A stretch of 64,000 bases of DNA, taken from contig NZ_CAMQSF010000018.1 of the NCBI RefSeq assembly GCF_947036865.1, positions 976-64,975 on the forward strand. The letters run 5' to 3'. The translations under genes were made by a program, and so were the position numbers. Position 1 is the stretch's first letter, and the number at the start of each line of letters is the position of its first letter. This document shows positions 38,465 to 49,270 of this stretch, in pieces. Below the pieces are notes generated by a model. It did not search any database. It saw only the letters and a list, made by a program, of their open reading frames with translations, and had not been told where the DNA came from. Source of the stretch: an uncultured Caulobacter sp. (lineage in GTDB: Bacteria; Pseudomonadota; Alphaproteobacteria; Caulobacterales; Caulobacteraceae).

Positions 38465-38492
38465 AACGCCCCGGAGTCTCCTCCGGGGCGTT
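38465..38492. terminator. Bidirectional stem-loop between convergent response-regulator and hppA genes
   Basis: aacgccccggag / ctccggggcgtt 12-bp perfect stem with a 4-nt loop. A T-run follows on the minus strand (complement of aaaa 38463-38466). Confidence 0.6.
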
Positions 38493-38516
38493 CGCCTTTC
38501 AGCATGATCGCGAGGA

Positions 38517-40655
38517 TCAGCCGCCGTGGGCCAGGACGGCCAACAGCAGCAGGGCCACGATGTTGGTGATCTTGATCATCGGGTTCACGGCCGGACCCGA
38601 GGTGTCCTTGTAGGGATCGCCGACGGTGTCGCCCGTGACGGCGGCCTTGTGGGTCTCGCCGCCCTTCTTGTGCAGGACGCCGTTCTTGTCGGTGAAGCCT
38701 TCCTCGATCACCTTCTTGGCGTTGTCCCAGGCGCCGCCGCCGCTGGTCATCGAGATGGCGACGAACAGGCCCGTGACGATCACCCCCATCAGCATGGCGC
38801 CGAGGGCGGCGAAGGCGTCGACCTTTCCGGCGATGGCCTTGATCACGAAGAACAGAACCACCGGCGAGACCACCGGCAGCAGGCTCGGCACGATCATCTC
38901 GCGGATGGCGGCCTTGGTCAGGATGTCCACGGCCTTGCCGTATTCGGGCTTGACCGCGCCGGTCATGATGCCGGGGTTCTCGCGGAACTGACGACGCACC
39001 TCGGCGACCACGGACTCGGCGGCGCGGCCGACGGCGGTCATCGACAGACCGCCGAACAGGAACGGCAGCAGGCCGCCGAACAGCAGACCGACCACGACAT
39101 AGGGGTTGGACAGGTCGAACGTGACCGCGCCCATGCCGTCGAAGAAACCGCCCGGCGTCGCATTGGCCGAGAAGAACTTCAGGTCCTCGGTATAGGCGGC
39201 GAACAGCACCAGGGCGCCCAGACCGGCCGAACCGATGGCGTAGCCCTTGGTCACGGCCTTGGTGGTGTTGCCCACGGCGTCCAGGGCGTCGGTGGTGACG
39301 CGAACTTCCGGCGGCAGGCCGGCCATCTCGGCGATGCCGCCGGCGTTGTCGGTGACCGGGCCGAAAGCGTCGAGGGCGACGATGAAGCCGGCCAGCGACA
39401 GCATGGTCGTGGTGGCGATGGCGATGCCGAACAGGCCCGCCAGATTATAGGTCACGACGATGCCGACGATGATGGTCAGGGCCGGCAGGGCCGTGGCTTC
39501 CAGCGACATGGCCAAGCCCTGGATCACGTTGGTGCCGTGCCCCGAAACCGAGGCTTGAGCCACCGACTTCACCGGACGGAAGCCCGTGCCGGTGTAGTAC
39601 TCGGTGATCATCACGATGGCGGCGGTGACGGCCAGGCCGACCATGCCGCAGTAGAACAGGCTGTTGGCGTCGAAGGTGCGGGGACCAACGGTGACGGCCG
39701 CCGGAACCAGCTGGTGGATCACGTACCAGACCGCCGGGATCGACAGGACGCCGGTCACGATCAGGCCCTGATAGAGGGCCGCCATGATCTTCTGGCTCTT
39801 GCCCAGGCGGACGAAGAACGCGCCGATGATCGAGGTGACGATACAGACCGCGCAGATCGCCAGCGGCAGCAGCATCATCGAACCGATCGCCTCGGACCCG
39901 CGGAAGAAGATCGCCGCCAGCACCATGGTGGCGACCGTGGTCACCGCATAGGTCTCGAACAGGTCGGCCGCCATGCCGGCGCAGTCGCCGACATTGTCGC
40001 CCACGTTGTCGGCGATGGTGGCGGCGTTACGCGGATCGTCCTCCGGAATGCCGGCTTCCACCTTGCCCACCAGGTCGCCGCCCACGTCGGCGCCCTTGGT
40101 GAAGATGCCGCCGCCCAGGCGGGCGAAGATCGAGATCAGCGAGGCGCCGAAGCCCAGGGCCACCAGCGAGTCGACGACCACCCGGTCCGAACCGTCATGG
40201 CCGGTCGACAGCAGCACGTAGTAGTAACCCGCCACGCCCAGCAGGGCGAAGCCGGCGACCAGCATGCCCGTTACGGCGCCCGAGGTGAAGGCCATCGACA
40301 GGCCCTTGGCCAGGCTCTCGGACGAGGCCTGGGCGGTCCGCACATTGGCCCGGACCGAGATCAGCATGCCCGCGAAGCCGGCCGCGCCCGACAGGATCGC
40401 GCCGAGGGCGAAGCCGACGGGTTGCTCCCAGGACTTGAAGAAGATCGCCAGCACGGCGATCACCACCACGCCGACCAGGCCGATCGTGGTGTACTGGCGG
40501 TTCAGATAGGCCTGAGCCCCTTCCTGGATCGCCGCGGCGATCTCCTGCATCCTCGCATTGCCGGCCGAGGCCCGCATCAGACTGGCCGTCTGGGCGGCGC
40601 CGTACAGCACCGCCAGAAGCCCGGCCCCGATGGCCAGATAAAGCCAAAGACTCAT
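38517..40655 (-). CDS. hppA: Membrane-bound proton-translocating pyrophosphatase
   Basis: Full-length V-PPase motifs ([46 protein letters not shown]). ATG at 40655 ([12 protein letters not shown]..) is preferred. The longest ORF extends to 40688. Confidence 0.9.
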   Translation of the reverse strand: MSLWLYLAIGAGLLAVLYGAAQTASLMRASAGNARMQEIAAAIQEGAQAYLNRQYTTIGLVGVVVIAVLAIFFKSWEQPVGFALGAILSGAAGFAGMLISVRANVRTAQASSESLAKGLSMAFTSGAVTGMLVAGFALLGVAGYYYVLLSTGHDGSDRVVVDSLVALGFGASLISIFARLGGGIFTKGADVGGDLVGKVEAGIPEDDPRNAATIADNVGDNVGDCAGMAADLFETYAVTTVATMVLAAIFFRGSEAIGSMMLLPLAICAVCIVTSIIGAFFVRLGKSQKIMAALYQGLIVTGVLSIPAVWYVIHQLVPAAVTVGPRTFDANSLFYCGMVGLAVTAAIVMITEYYTGTGFRPVKSVAQASVSGHGTNVIQGLAMSLEATALPALTIIVGIVVTYNLAGLFGIAIATTTMLSLAGFIVALDAFGPVTDNAGGIAEMAGLPPEVRVTTDALDAVGNTTKAVTKGYAIGSAGLGALVLFAAYTEDLKFFSANATPGGFFDGMGAVTFDLSNPYVVVGLLFGGLLPFLFGGLSMTAVGRAAESVVAEVRRQFRENPGIMTGAVKPEYGKAVDILTKAAIREMIVPSLLPVVSPVVLFFVIKAIAGKVDAFAALGAMLMGVIVTGLFVAISMTSGGGAWDNAKKVIEEGFTDKNGVLHKKGGETHKAAVTGDTVGDPYKDTSGPAVNPMIKITNIVALLLLAVLAHGG

Positions 40656-40905
40656 TAGGTTCTTCGCCCCTTCGCGCTTCTCAATCACGAGGGGGACGCC
40701 GGTCCCGTCGGCTAAGGCATGACACGCGTCAAAACCGCCGGCCGGATCGACGGGCGGGCCTTATGGCCTCGTGCCCCCTCGATGCTCCCTGAAAATGACG
40801 CTCGGAACGGCGTCATCCATCGAACACTGTCAGATGGTCGAGAGGCGCGCAACCCGCGTCGGCGCAAGCGTTTGCGAAAGGCCAAGCGTCAGCTTGGGCC
40901 GCGAA

Positions 40906-41412
40906 TCAGGGGTGAAGGACACCCTCGCCCGCCGGCGCCGCGGCGTTCGGCTTGGGCGGCATCAGCTGCTGGCGGGGGATCTGCTTGACGATCTCGACCG
41001 AGGCCACCTTGCCCTTGCCGTATAGGGCGTTGCACTGGCTCATCACGAAACCGGTCAGGCGCGGCCCGTCCACTTCCTTCCAGGTGTCGGGGCGCGTGAA
41101 CGGCGTCTTGAAGGCCGCGCGGATGATCGCGTCGCGCAGTTCCGGCTCCTTGTCCTTGAAGGCCTCGACCTGGGCGCCCGAGGACAGCTTCAAGGTCATG
41201 GCGACGAAGACGTAGTTGACGATCCGGCCGTTGGCGATGATCGGAATGGTCATAGAGCCGAGCTTGTAGGTCGGGTCGAGCGCCTGGCCCTCGCCCTCCT
41301 TCTTCTCGCCGGCCAGGGCGGGACCCGCGACGAGCGCGCCGGCGGCGGCGAGCAGATCGCGACGCGAGAATCGGACGGGAGAGCGGGCGTTGGCGGCGGT
41401 CATGAGCGTCAC
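40906..41412 (-). CDS. Hypothetical Tat-signal protein with FliL-like core
   Basis: The N-terminus has a twin-arginine motif (FSRRDLLAAAGALVAGPALA). Segment TIPIIANGRIVNYVFVAMTLKL..KEPELRDAIIRAAF resembles the FliL family pattern. Similarity is judged by eye only. Confidence 0.6.
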   Translation of the reverse strand: MTLMTAANARSPVRFSRRDLLAAAGALVAGPALAGEKKEGEGQALDPTYKLGSMTIPIIANGRIVNYVFVAMTLKLSSGAQVEAFKDKEPELRDAIIRAAFKTPFTRPDTWKEVDGPRLTGFVMSQCNALYGKGKVASVEIVKQIPRQQLMPPKPNAAAPAGEGVLHP

Positions 41413-41439
41413 GCCTAACCCACAGACCTTGAGATTGGC

Positions 41440-42471
41440 CTAACCGTGCAGCCAGCCCAGCCGCGAGGGCGTCACGTCACGGCCCTTGTAATAGGCCGAG
41501 ACCCCCTCGCCTTCGACGAACTCGCCGATCTCGCTGACCTTGACCCCCGCCGCGGCCGCGGCGACGCGGAACGCCCAGGCCTCGTTCGGATCGACCGCGC
41601 AGACGATCTCGTAGTCGTCGCCGCCAGAGGCCAGGCGGATCCGGCCCTCGACCTGCTCGGGTTGCTCATCCAGCCAGGCCTGGGCGCCGGGCGAAAGCGG
41701 CAGCCGTTCCAGGTCGACCCGGACGCGGCAACCGCTGGCGATGGCGATGTGGCCGCTGTCGGCGAGCAGGCCGTCCGAGACGTCGGCGGCCGCCTTGGCG
41801 TGCACGCGCATGGCGTCGCGAAGCGTGACGCGGGGTTCGGGCTGGCGATAGCGGCGCAGCAAGGCGCCGTCGGAGTCGACCACCTCGCCCCACTGGGCCA
41901 GCAGGCCGAGCCACCCGTCGCCGATCGTGCCGGAGACCATCAGGCGGTCGCCGGGCTTGGCGCCGCGACGCAGGATCGCCCCGCCCTCCGGCGCCCAGCC
42001 CAGCAGGGTGGCCGAGACGACGAGCGGACCCGAGGTGGTCACGGTGTCGCCGCCCAGCAGCGAGATGTCGAACAGCGCGCCGTCCTCGGCCAGGCCCCGG
42101 GCGAAGGTCTCGCGCGAGGCGACGTCCGCGCCGGACGGCCAGCCGACCGCCAGGAAATAGCCGTAGGGCTCGGCGGCCTTGGCGGCCAGGTCCGAGAGAT
42201 TGGTCCGCAGCAGCTTGCGCGCGACGAAGTCGAGCGGCTCCTCGGGCAGGAAGTGCACGCCGGCGACCATCGCGTCCTTGGTGATCACCAGATCATGGCC
42301 TGGCCGCGACGGCAGGACGGTGGCGTCGTCGAGGAGGTCGAGGGCCGCGGGATCGCCTCGGGTCAGGGGCCGCAGCAGACGGGCGATATGATCGAACTCG
42401 GTCGCCGGCGCGACCGCTGTCGGCGGCGCGTCGTCTTCGGCGAACCAGTCGTCTTCGTCAGTCTCTTGCAT
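41440..42471 (-). CDS. thiL: Thiamine-monophosphate kinase
   Basis: [36 protein letters not shown] motifs. ATG at 42471 is preferred (14-nt overlap with nusB). The longest ORF extends to 42549. Confidence 0.85.
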   Translation of the reverse strand: MQETDEDDWFAEDDAPPTAVAPATEFDHIARLLRPLTRGDPAALDLLDDATVLPSRPGHDLVITKDAMVAGVHFLPEEPLDFVARKLLRTNLSDLAAKAAEPYGYFLAVGWPSGADVASRETFARGLAEDGALFDISLLGGDTVTTSGPLVVSATLLGWAPEGGAILRRGAKPGDRLMVSGTIGDGWLGLLAQWGEVVDSDGALLRRYRQPEPRVTLRDAMRVHAKAAADVSDGLLADSGHIAIASGCRVRVDLERLPLSPGAQAWLDEQPEQVEGRIRLASGGDDYEIVCAVDPNEAWAFRVAAAAAGVKVSEIGEFVEGEGVSAYYKGRDVTPSRLGWLHG

Positions 42472-42907
42472 CACGGGCGATCGCGTCGAGGGCGCCATTG
42501 ATGAAGCCTGACTCAGGACCTTCAAAAAAGGATTTAGCGATCTCGACATATTCGTTGATGACGACCTCGGTCGGAACGTCCGGTCGGAACATCAACTCGA
42601 AGGCGCCGGCGCGCAGCACCGCGCGCGCGGTGGCGTCCAGGCGCTCCAGGCGCCAGCCCGAGGCCAGGCGCTTGACGACGCCCTGGTCGACCTTGGCCTG
42701 GTTGCTCACCACGCCGCGCACCAGCTCGGCGAAGAAGGTCTCGTCGGCGGCGGCCAGACGCTCGCCCTCCACGTCGCGGTCGAAGCGGTGCTCGCCGAAC
42801 TCGCGGATGACGGTGTCGACGCCCGCGCCCGAGACTTCCATCTGGTAGAGGGCCTGCACGGCCGCGAGGCGCGCCACCGAGCGCGGTTGGATGCGCTCGC
42901 CGCTCAT
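42458..42907 (-). CDS. nusB: Transcription antitermination factor NusB
   Basis: [19 protein letters not shown].. and the conserved ribH-nusB-thiL order. Confidence 0.9.
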   Translation of the reverse strand: MSGERIQPRSVARLAAVQALYQMEVSGAGVDTVIREFGEHRFDRDVEGERLAAADETFFAELVRGVVSNQAKVDQGVVKRLASGWRLERLDATARAVLRAGAFELMFRPDVPTEVVINEYVEIAKSFFEGPESGFINGALDAIARDARD

Positions 42908-43368
42908 CGGACTTGCCCCAGCAGTTGCCGCTTCAGGGCGATGGTTTCCAGACAGGCCTTGGCCGCGGCGCCGCCGCGGTCGCCTTCGCTGACCTTGGCG
43001 CGGCTCCAGGCCTGGGCCTCATCGTCGACGGCCAGGACGCCGAAGCCGATCGGCAGGCGCCGGCCGATGCCGAGATCCTGCAGGCCGCGGGCCGTTTCGT
43101 GCGCGACCAGCTCGAAGTGATAGGTCTCGCCCCGGATCACCACGCCCAGGGCGACATAGCCGTCATAGCGCACGCCGACGGGGCGATGACCGGCTTCCTC
43201 GGCCAGGGCGATGGCCGTCGGGATCTGCAGGGCGCTGGAAACGGTGATGACGTCGTAGTCCGCGCCTTGGGCCTCGATGGCCAGGGTCGCGCCGCGCAGC
43301 AGCTCGTCGGCGACGCCCGAATGGCTTCGCCCCTCCACGATCAGCAGGCGGATCTTGTCCTCAACCAT
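42904..43368 (-). CDS. ribH: 6,7-dimethyl-8-ribityllumazine synthase
   Basis: [33 protein letters not shown]. Confidence 0.9.
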   Translation of the reverse strand: MVEDKIRLLIVEGRSHSGVADELLRGATLAIEAQGADYDVITVSSALQIPTAIALAEEAGHRPVGVRYDGYVALGVVIRGETYHFELVAHETARGLQDLGIGRRLPIGFGVLAVDDEAQAWSRAKVSEGDRGGAAAKACLETIALKRQLLGQVR

Positions 43369-43434
43369 GTCGCTCGAATCTCCACGGCGACGCTTGCGGC
43401 GCGCCTAAACAAACACACACCAGGGATTAACGGA

Positions 43435-43908
43435 TTATGGCTCTTCTTCGCCGCCGTCGCTCAGACCTTCCTCGGTCAGGAACTTGGCGAAGTCGCTGGT
43501 TTCCTTGAAATCCCGATAGACCGAGGCGTAGCGGACATAGGCGACGTCATCTAGGGATTTCAGAGCCTTCATCACCATTTCGCCGACGGTGGACGACGGG
43601 AGCTCGGTTTCGCCCATGCTTTCCAGCTGCCGGACGATGCCGTTGATCATCCGCTCCACCCGCTCGGGCTCGACGGGCCGCTTCTGGGTGGCCAGCGCGA
43701 TGGACCGGACGAGCTTGTCGCGGTCGAACGGCGAGCGCCGCCCCGAACGCTTCAGGATGATCAGCTCGCGAAGCTGAACCCGCTCGAACGTCGTGAAACG
43801 GCCACCACATTCGGGGCACATCCGGCGACGCCGGATGGCCGCGCCGTCTTCCGACGGGCGGCTGTCCTTGACCTGGCTTTCGGCATGTCCGCAGAAGGGG
43901 CAGCGCAT
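43435..43908 (-). CDS. nrdR: Transcriptional repressor NrdR
   Basis: [42 protein letters not shown] zinc ribbon plus ATP-cone. Confidence 0.95.
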   Translation of the reverse strand: MRCPFCGHAESQVKDSRPSEDGAAIRRRRMCPECGGRFTTFERVQLRELIILKRSGRRSPFDRDKLVRSIALATQKRPVEPERVERMINGIVRQLESMGETELPSSTVGEMVMKALKSLDDVAYVRYASVYRDFKETSDFAKFLTEEGLSDGGEEEP

Positions 43909-43939
43909 GATCTAGCCCCTCCCGGCGGCTTCAGGGCCA

Positions 43940-45226
43940 TTAGTTGTAGATCGGGAACCGGGCCGTCAAGGCCAGCACTTCCTCGCGCATCGCCGCTTCC
44001 ACCGCCGCGTTGCCCTCGGCGCCGTTGGCCGCCAGGCCGTTCACGACCTCGCCGATCAGCTCGCCCACGCGAGTGAATTCGGCCTCCTTGAAGCCGCGCG
44101 TGGTGCCGGCCGGCGTGCCCAGGCGGATGCCCGAGGTCACCGTGAACGGCGCGGTGTCGAACGGCACGCCGTTCTTGTTGCAGGTCATGTGGGCGCGCTC
44201 GAGGCTGTGCTCGGCGTCACGGCCGGTGACGCCCTTCGGACGCAGGTCGACCAGCATCAGGTGGCTGTCGGTGCCGCCCGAGACGATGTTGACGCCCGAC
44301 TTCAGCAGGGCTTCCGACAGGGCGCGGGCGTTGGCGATGACCTGGTGGGCGTAGTCCTTGAACGCCGGCTGAAGCGCCTCGCCGAAGGCCACGGCCTTGG
44401 CGGCGATCACGTGCTCCAGCGGGCCGCCCTGCAGACCGGGGAACACGGCCGAATTGACCTTCTTGATGATCGCCTCGTCATTGGTCAGCACCAGGCCGCC
44501 GCGCGGACCGCGCAGGGTCTTGTGCGTGGTCGTGGTGACGATGTGGGCGTGCGGGATCGGGTTCGGATAGGCCCCGCCGGCGATCAGGCCGGCATAGTGG
44601 GCCATGTCGACCATAAGATAGGCGCCGATGCCGTCGGCGATCTCGCGGAACCTGGCGAAGTCGATCTGGCGGCTGTAGGCGCTGCCGCCGGCGATGATCA
44701 GCTTGGGCTTCTCGCGCTGGGCGATCTCGGCCACGCCGTCATAGTCGATCAGCTGATCCTGCTGGCGGACGCTGTAGCTGACCGGCTTGAACCACTTGCC
44801 CGACTGGTTGGCGGGCGAGCCGTGCGTCAAATGGCCGCCGGCGGCCAGGTCCATGCCTAGGAACGTGTCGCCCGGCTGCAGCAGGGCCATGAACACCGCC
44901 TGGTTGGCCTGCGAGCCCGAGTGCGGCTGGACGTTGGCGAAGCCCGCGCCGAACAGGGCCTTGGCCCGCTCGATGGCGATCGTCTCGATCTCGTCGACAT
45001 ATTCGCAGCCGCCGTAATAGCGCTTGCCCGGATAGCCCTCGGCGTACTTGTTGGTCAGGATCGAGCCCTGGGCCTCCAGCACCGCCTTCGAGACGATGTT
45101 TTCCGAGGCGATCAGCTCGATCTGGTTCTGCTGGCGATCCAGCTCGCGACCGATGCGGTCGAAGATGTCCCGGTCGGCGGTGGCGAGGTCGGCGCCGAAG
45201 AAGGCGCTGGTCGGGGCTTGGGTCAT
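43940..45226 (-). CDS. glyA: Serine hydroxymethyltransferase
   Basis: ORF trimmed to ATG 45226 ([33 protein letters not shown]). The [13 protein letters not shown] motif carries the PLP lysine. Confidence 0.9.
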   Translation of the reverse strand: MTQAPTSAFFGADLATADRDIFDRIGRELDRQQNQIELIASENIVSKAVLEAQGSILTNKYAEGYPGKRYYGGCEYVDEIETIAIERAKALFGAGFANVQPHSGSQANQAVFMALLQPGDTFLGMDLAAGGHLTHGSPANQSGKWFKPVSYSVRQQDQLIDYDGVAEIAQREKPKLIIAGGSAYSRQIDFARFREIADGIGAYLMVDMAHYAGLIAGGAYPNPIPHAHIVTTTTHKTLRGPRGGLVLTNDEAIIKKVNSAVFPGLQGGPLEHVIAAKAVAFGEALQPAFKDYAHQVIANARALSEALLKSGVNIVSGGTDSHLMLVDLRPKGVTGRDAEHSLERAHMTCNKNGVPFDTAPFTVTSGIRLGTPAGTTRGFKEAEFTRVGELIGEVVNGLAANGAEGNAAVEAAMREEVLALTARFPIYN

Positions 45227-45390
45227 TTCGCTCTCCGGGCGTTGGGAGGAGTCGGCAGAGGCGCCTTCTTTAACGGGATAGGCGCGGCGATCAATCGTGG
45301 AACCACCCGTCTCGTCGCGCGTTGCCGTCCCGCAGGGCGCATCCGACTCCCTGCGGAATCGATACGACAACAACGGGAATGGGGTATCTC

Positions 45391-45837
45391 ATGGCGTCTC
45401 AGGGCGGCGGCAGCACGGACACGACGGAAAACAACGACGTCGATATCCTTGGACTTAGCGCCGAGATCGTGGCGGCCTATGTCGGCCAGAACACCGTCGC
45501 CCAGACGGCTATTCCGGAGCTCATCCGCACGGTCCACGAGGCCCTGAGCGCGCTGAGCAATGGCGTGGAAGCGCCCCGGCCCGCCGAAAAGGCCAAGCCC
45601 GCCGTGCCGGTCGGCCGCTCGGTGCAGCACGACTACATCATCTGCCTCGAGGACGGGAAGAAGTTGAAGATGCTGAAGCGCTACCTGCGCTCGCACTACG
45701 ACATGAGCCCCGAGGAATACCGCCGCAAGTGGGGTCTGCCGCCCGAATATCCGATGGTCGCGCCGGCCTATGCCGCTCGTCGCTCGGACTTCGCCAAGAA
45801 GATCGGCCTGGGCAAGGGCGTGCGTCGCGGCAGCTGA
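45391..45837 (+). CDS. mucR: MucR/Ros-family zinc-finger transcriptional regulator
   Basis: SVQHDYIICLEDGKKLKMLKRYLRSHYDMSPEEYRRKWGLPPEYPMVAPAYAARRSDFAKKIGLG. The start is uncertain: ATG at 45391 is preferred on spacing to GGGG, and 45379 is also possible. Confidence 0.85.
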   Translation: MASQGGGSTDTTENNDVDILGLSAEIVAAYVGQNTVAQTAIPELIRTVHEALSALSNGVEAPRPAEKAKPAVPVGRSVQHDYIICLEDGKKLKMLKRYLRSHYDMSPEEYRRKWGLPPEYPMVAPAYAARRSDFAKKIGLGKGVRRGS

Positions 45838-45864
45838 GCGCGCCTGGATCGCCGCCGACGCGAA

Positions 45865-45895
45865 CGCCGCCGGCTTCCGGCGGCGCTTGTCGTTT
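45865..45895 (+). terminator. Intrinsic terminator after mucR
   Basis: cgccgccgg / ccggcggcg 9-bp stem with a 3-nt loop, followed by cttgtcgttt. Confidence 0.6.
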
Positions 45896-45939
45896 CGAGG
45901 GGGCGCGGCGGGGGCGATGACGAAGGTTGACGCTGTCCT

Positions 45940-47166
45940 TTAGGCCGCGTGGCCGCCCATGCGGGCCACGTTGCAGTGGGCCCAGAGCTTTTCCATGGCC
46001 GCGACCAGCTTGCGCATCATGTCGTCGGTATGGAACGGCGTCGGGGTGAAGCGCAGGCGCTCGGTGCCGCGCGGCACGGTCGGATAGTTGATCGGCTGCA
46101 CATAGACGCCGAAATCGGCCAGCAGCATGTCGCTGATCATCTTGCAGTGCACCGGATCGCCGACCAGCACCGGAACGATGTGGCTGTCGTTGTCCATCAC
46201 CGGCAGGCCGGCGGCCTTGAACATGCCCTTCAGGGTCGCCGCGCGCTCCTGATGGATCTCGCGAACCTCGGGGTGAGCCTTCAGCCAGCGGACGCTGGCC
46301 AGCGCGCCGGCCGTCAGGGCCGGCGGCAACGAGGTCGTGAAGATGAAGCCCGAGGCCATCAGACGGATCGCGTCGATCACCTCGGCGTCGCCGGCGATAT
46401 AGCCGCCCATGACGCCGAACGCCTTGCCCAGCGTGCCCTCGATGATGTCGATCTGGTCCATCAGGCCGTCGCGCTCGGCGACGCCGCCGCCGCGCGGGCC
46501 GTACATGCCGACCGCGTGGACCTCGTCCAGATAGGTCATCGCGCCGTACTTCTTGGCCAGGGCGATGGTGCCGGCGATGTCGGCGATGTCGCCGTCCATC
46601 GAATAGACGCTCTCGAAGGCGACCAGCTTGGGCGCGTCGGCCGGGGCCGCGGCCAGCAGCTCTTCCAGGTGCGCCAGATCGTTGTGCTTGAAGATCTTGC
46701 GCGGACCGCCGCCGTTGCGGATGCCGGCGATCATCGAGGCGTGGTTCTGCTCGTCGGAGAAGATGATCAGGCCCGGCAGGATCTTCTGCACCACCGACAG
46801 CGAGGCCTCGTTCGAGACATAGCCCGAGGTGAACAGCAGCGCGGCGTCCTTGCCGTGCAGGTCGGCCAGCTCGGCTTCCAGCAGAACGTGGTCGTGGTTG
46901 GTGCCGGAGATGTTCCGCGTGCCGCCCGAGCCCGAGCCGTGCGCGTCGACGGCGGCCTTCATGGCGTCCATCACCACCGGGTTCTGACCCTGGCCGAGAT
47001 AGTCGTTGCTGCACCAGACCACGACTTCACGTTCCGAGCCGTCCTGGCGGGTCCAGGTGGCGCGCGGGAACTGGCCGCGTTGACGCTTCAGATCGGCGAA
47101 GACCCGGTATCGGCCCTCTTCGCGGATCTGGTCGACGGCGCTGCGGAACGCGGCTTTGTAGTCCAT
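45940..47166 (-). CDS. hemA: 5-aminolevulinate synthase
   Basis: [45 protein letters not shown]. Alpha-oxoamine synthase fold with a PLP-lysine region. Confidence 0.9.
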   Translation of the reverse strand: MDYKAAFRSAVDQIREEGRYRVFADLKRQRGQFPRATWTRQDGSEREVVVWCSNDYLGQGQNPVVMDAMKAAVDAHGSGSGGTRNISGTNHDHVLLEAELADLHGKDAALLFTSGYVSNEASLSVVQKILPGLIIFSDEQNHASMIAGIRNGGGPRKIFKHNDLAHLEELLAAAPADAPKLVAFESVYSMDGDIADIAGTIALAKKYGAMTYLDEVHAVGMYGPRGGGVAERDGLMDQIDIIEGTLGKAFGVMGGYIAGDAEVIDAIRLMASGFIFTTSLPPALTAGALASVRWLKAHPEVREIHQERAATLKGMFKAAGLPVMDNDSHIVPVLVGDPVHCKMISDMLLADFGVYVQPINYPTVPRGTERLRFTPTPFHTDDMMRKLVAAMEKLWAHCNVARMGGHAA

Positions 47167-47339
47167 GTCGATCTCTAAACCGGCGGCCGGCGAGGCCGGC
47201 GGTCCCCTAACTCAAGCCCGAGCTTTTCGCACCACGCGTCCACGGTGTCCATCTAGGGGCGTTTACCTAAGAAACTCAATGACGCGAATGGACGCACGCC
47301 CTTCGTCAATGAACAGCTCTCGGAACGCCTTGAGCTGAT

Positions 47340-48236
47340 TCACGAGAGGCTGGAAAGCTTTCCGCGCAGCATCTGGATGACCGCGGAGAAGTCCTTGCCG
47401 CCGAAGCCGTTGGCGTCGAACAGCGCGTACAGCGCCTCGGCCTGCGCGCCCATCGGCGTCGAGGCGCCGGCTTTGGCGGCCGCCTCTTGGGCCAGCTTAA
47501 GGTCCTTCAGCATCATCGCGGTGGCGAAGCCGCCCTCGTAAAGGCGGTCCGCCGGCGTCTGGGGTCCCACGCCCTCGACCGGACAGTAGGTGGTGATCGA
47601 CCAGCACTGGCCGGACGACTTGCTGGCGATCTCGAAGAAGCGGTCGGCCGCCAGCCCCAGCTTCTCGGCCAGGGCGAAGGCCTCGCAGGTCCCGAGCATC
47701 GACACGCCCAGCAGCATGTTGTTGCAGATCTTGGCCGCCTGCCCCGCTCCGTGATCGCCGGCGTGGATCGTCACGCGGGACATCGGCGCCAGGGCCGCCT
47801 CGACCTCGGCGAAGTCGCCGGCGTCACAGCCGACCATGAAGGCCAGGGTTCCGGCCTCGGCGGCCATCACCCCGCCCGAGACCGGCGCGTCGGCGAAGCG
47901 GAACCCCGCCGCCCGGGCCTCGCGGGCCACCGCGCGGGCGCTCTCAACGTCGATGGTCGAGCAGTCGATCAGCAGGGCCGACTTCGGCGCCTGGACGAGG
48001 ATCTGCTCGCCATAGACCGCGCGCACGTGCGGGCCGGCCGGCAGCATGGTGATCACCACCTCGGCGTCGGCCACGGCCTCGGCGACCGATGCCGCCGCGT
48101 GACACCCCGCCGCCGCCGCCCGTTCGACGGCCGCCCGGGAGAGATCGAAGGCGCGAACCGCGTGACCGGCCTTGGCCTGGTTGGCCGCCATGCCGCCGCC
48201 CATGTTGCCCAGGCCGATGAAGGCGATGCGGGTCAT
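47340..48236 (-). CDS. mmsB: 3-hydroxyisobutyrate dehydrogenase
   Basis: IAFIGLGNMGGGMAANQAKAGH.. plus the C-terminal 6-phosphogluconate-dehydrogenase-like domain. Valine-catabolism neighbours support the call. Confidence 0.85.
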   Translation of the reverse strand: MTRIAFIGLGNMGGGMAANQAKAGHAVRAFDLSRAAVERAAAAGCHAAASVAEAVADAEVVITMLPAGPHVRAVYGEQILVQAPKSALLIDCSTIDVESARAVAREARAAGFRFADAPVSGGVMAAEAGTLAFMVGCDAGDFAEVEAALAPMSRVTIHAGDHGAGQAAKICNNMLLGVSMLGTCEAFALAEKLGLAADRFFEIASKSSGQCWSITTYCPVEGVGPQTPADRLYEGGFATAMMLKDLKLAQEAAAKAGASTPMGAQAEALYALFDANGFGGKDFSAVIQMLRGKLSSLS

Positions 48237-48310
48237 TGTGAAGCTCCCTGCAAAAGCGAACCGCGCCTCGTTGGGCGCGGCTCTTATCGTTGAAGACGGG
48301 GGTCCGGCGC

Positions 48311-49120
48311 CTAGCGGGCGTTGGCCGGCTTGCGGAACTTGAAGACGAACTGGTCGGTCTTGCCGCGGATGCCGGCGTCGCGGACGTTGGTCTTTCGGGA
48401 GTCGGCCGGATTGCGCAGCACCCGGCTCTCGCCTTCGAAAATGAAACCGGCGGCCGTCACTTCGGACTTCACGACGGCCGCGTCGATCCGGTGCAGGGTG
48501 TCGGTGTCGCGCAGGCCCGAGCCCGCCTCGGCGGAATGGTCGATAACCATGTAGACGCCGCCCGGCTTCAAGGCCTTGAAGATCTGGCGGTTCACCACCG
48601 ACAGATCGGCGGGGCCCATGAATTTGTCGTGCATGTCGTGATAGTTCTGGGCCGTGAACACCAGATCCAGCTTCTCCGGCGCGGCGAAGTTCGGCAGCGT
48701 GTTCAGCACCACCTTGACGTTCGAATAGGCCGGATCGCGGGCGATGGCGTTCACCGCCGGCTCGCGGTTGGCGATCTTGGTCAGCTCGTCGGGGACATAG
48801 GCGTAGACCGCGCCTCGCGGCCCGACCGCCTTGGAGAAGATGCGGGTGAAATAGCCGCCGCCGGGGATCAGGTCGGCGACCTTGGCGCCGGGCCTGACGC
48901 CCGCGAAGGCCAGCACCTCGCCCGGATGGCGGTCGGCGTCGCGGACCATGTCGGCGGCGGGCCGGGACGGGTCGCTGAGCGCGGCGGCGATGTTGGCCGG
49001 CAGGGCGACGGCGGCCGCGCCCGACGACGGCGGAGGCGGCGGCGGCGGTCCCATCATCGGCTCGGTGGCGCAGGCGGCGAGGCCCAGCACGGCGACCAAA
49101 CTGAGAAGCGGCTTACGCAT
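48311..49120 (-). CDS. Exported class I methyltransferase-fold lipoprotein (COG4798-like)
   Basis: ORF trimmed to ATG 49120 (GGAAGGA upstream): MRKPLLSLVAVLGLAAC.. with a poly-Pro linker, then VADLIPGGGYFTRIF (SAM-binding-like motif I) and LKPGGVYMVIDH. Confidence 0.8.
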   Translation of the reverse strand: MRKPLLSLVAVLGLAACATEPMMGPPPPPPPSSGAAAVALPANIAAALSDPSRPAADMVRDADRHPGEVLAFAGVRPGAKVADLIPGGGYFTRIFSKAVGPRGAVYAYVPDELTKIANREPAVNAIARDPAYSNVKVVLNTLPNFAAPEKLDLVFTAQNYHDMHDKFMGPADLSVVNRQIFKALKPGGVYMVIDHSAEAGSGLRDTDTLHRIDAAVVKSEVTAAGFIFEGESRVLRNPADSRKTNVRDAGIRGKTDQFVFKFRKPANAR

Positions 49121-49270
49121 GGCGATCCTTCCGAACGGGCGTGTTCTTGTTGAGAGTGACGTTAGCCTAGGCGCGCGGCGGTCGAAAGTACGAGCCTTCC
49201 CTCGCGACGCGCTGGCGCCAGGGTAAATCCCGTTCATTGGTTTCCGATGACACACCCGCACGGGGGATCG

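Noticed and set aside
38526-40658. 710-aa plus-strand ORF
   Set aside because: It is antisense to the pyrophosphatase gene hppA. It is a His/Gly/Asp/Arg/Gln-rich artefact.
45227-45390. Possible ZTP/THF-type riboswitch in the glyA leader
   Set aside because: Only an 8-bp hairpin is evident (ccgcaggg 45330-45337 / ccctgcgg 45349-45356). I could not find the conserved pfl/ZTP or THF cores. A covariance-model scan (Rfam) would be decisive.
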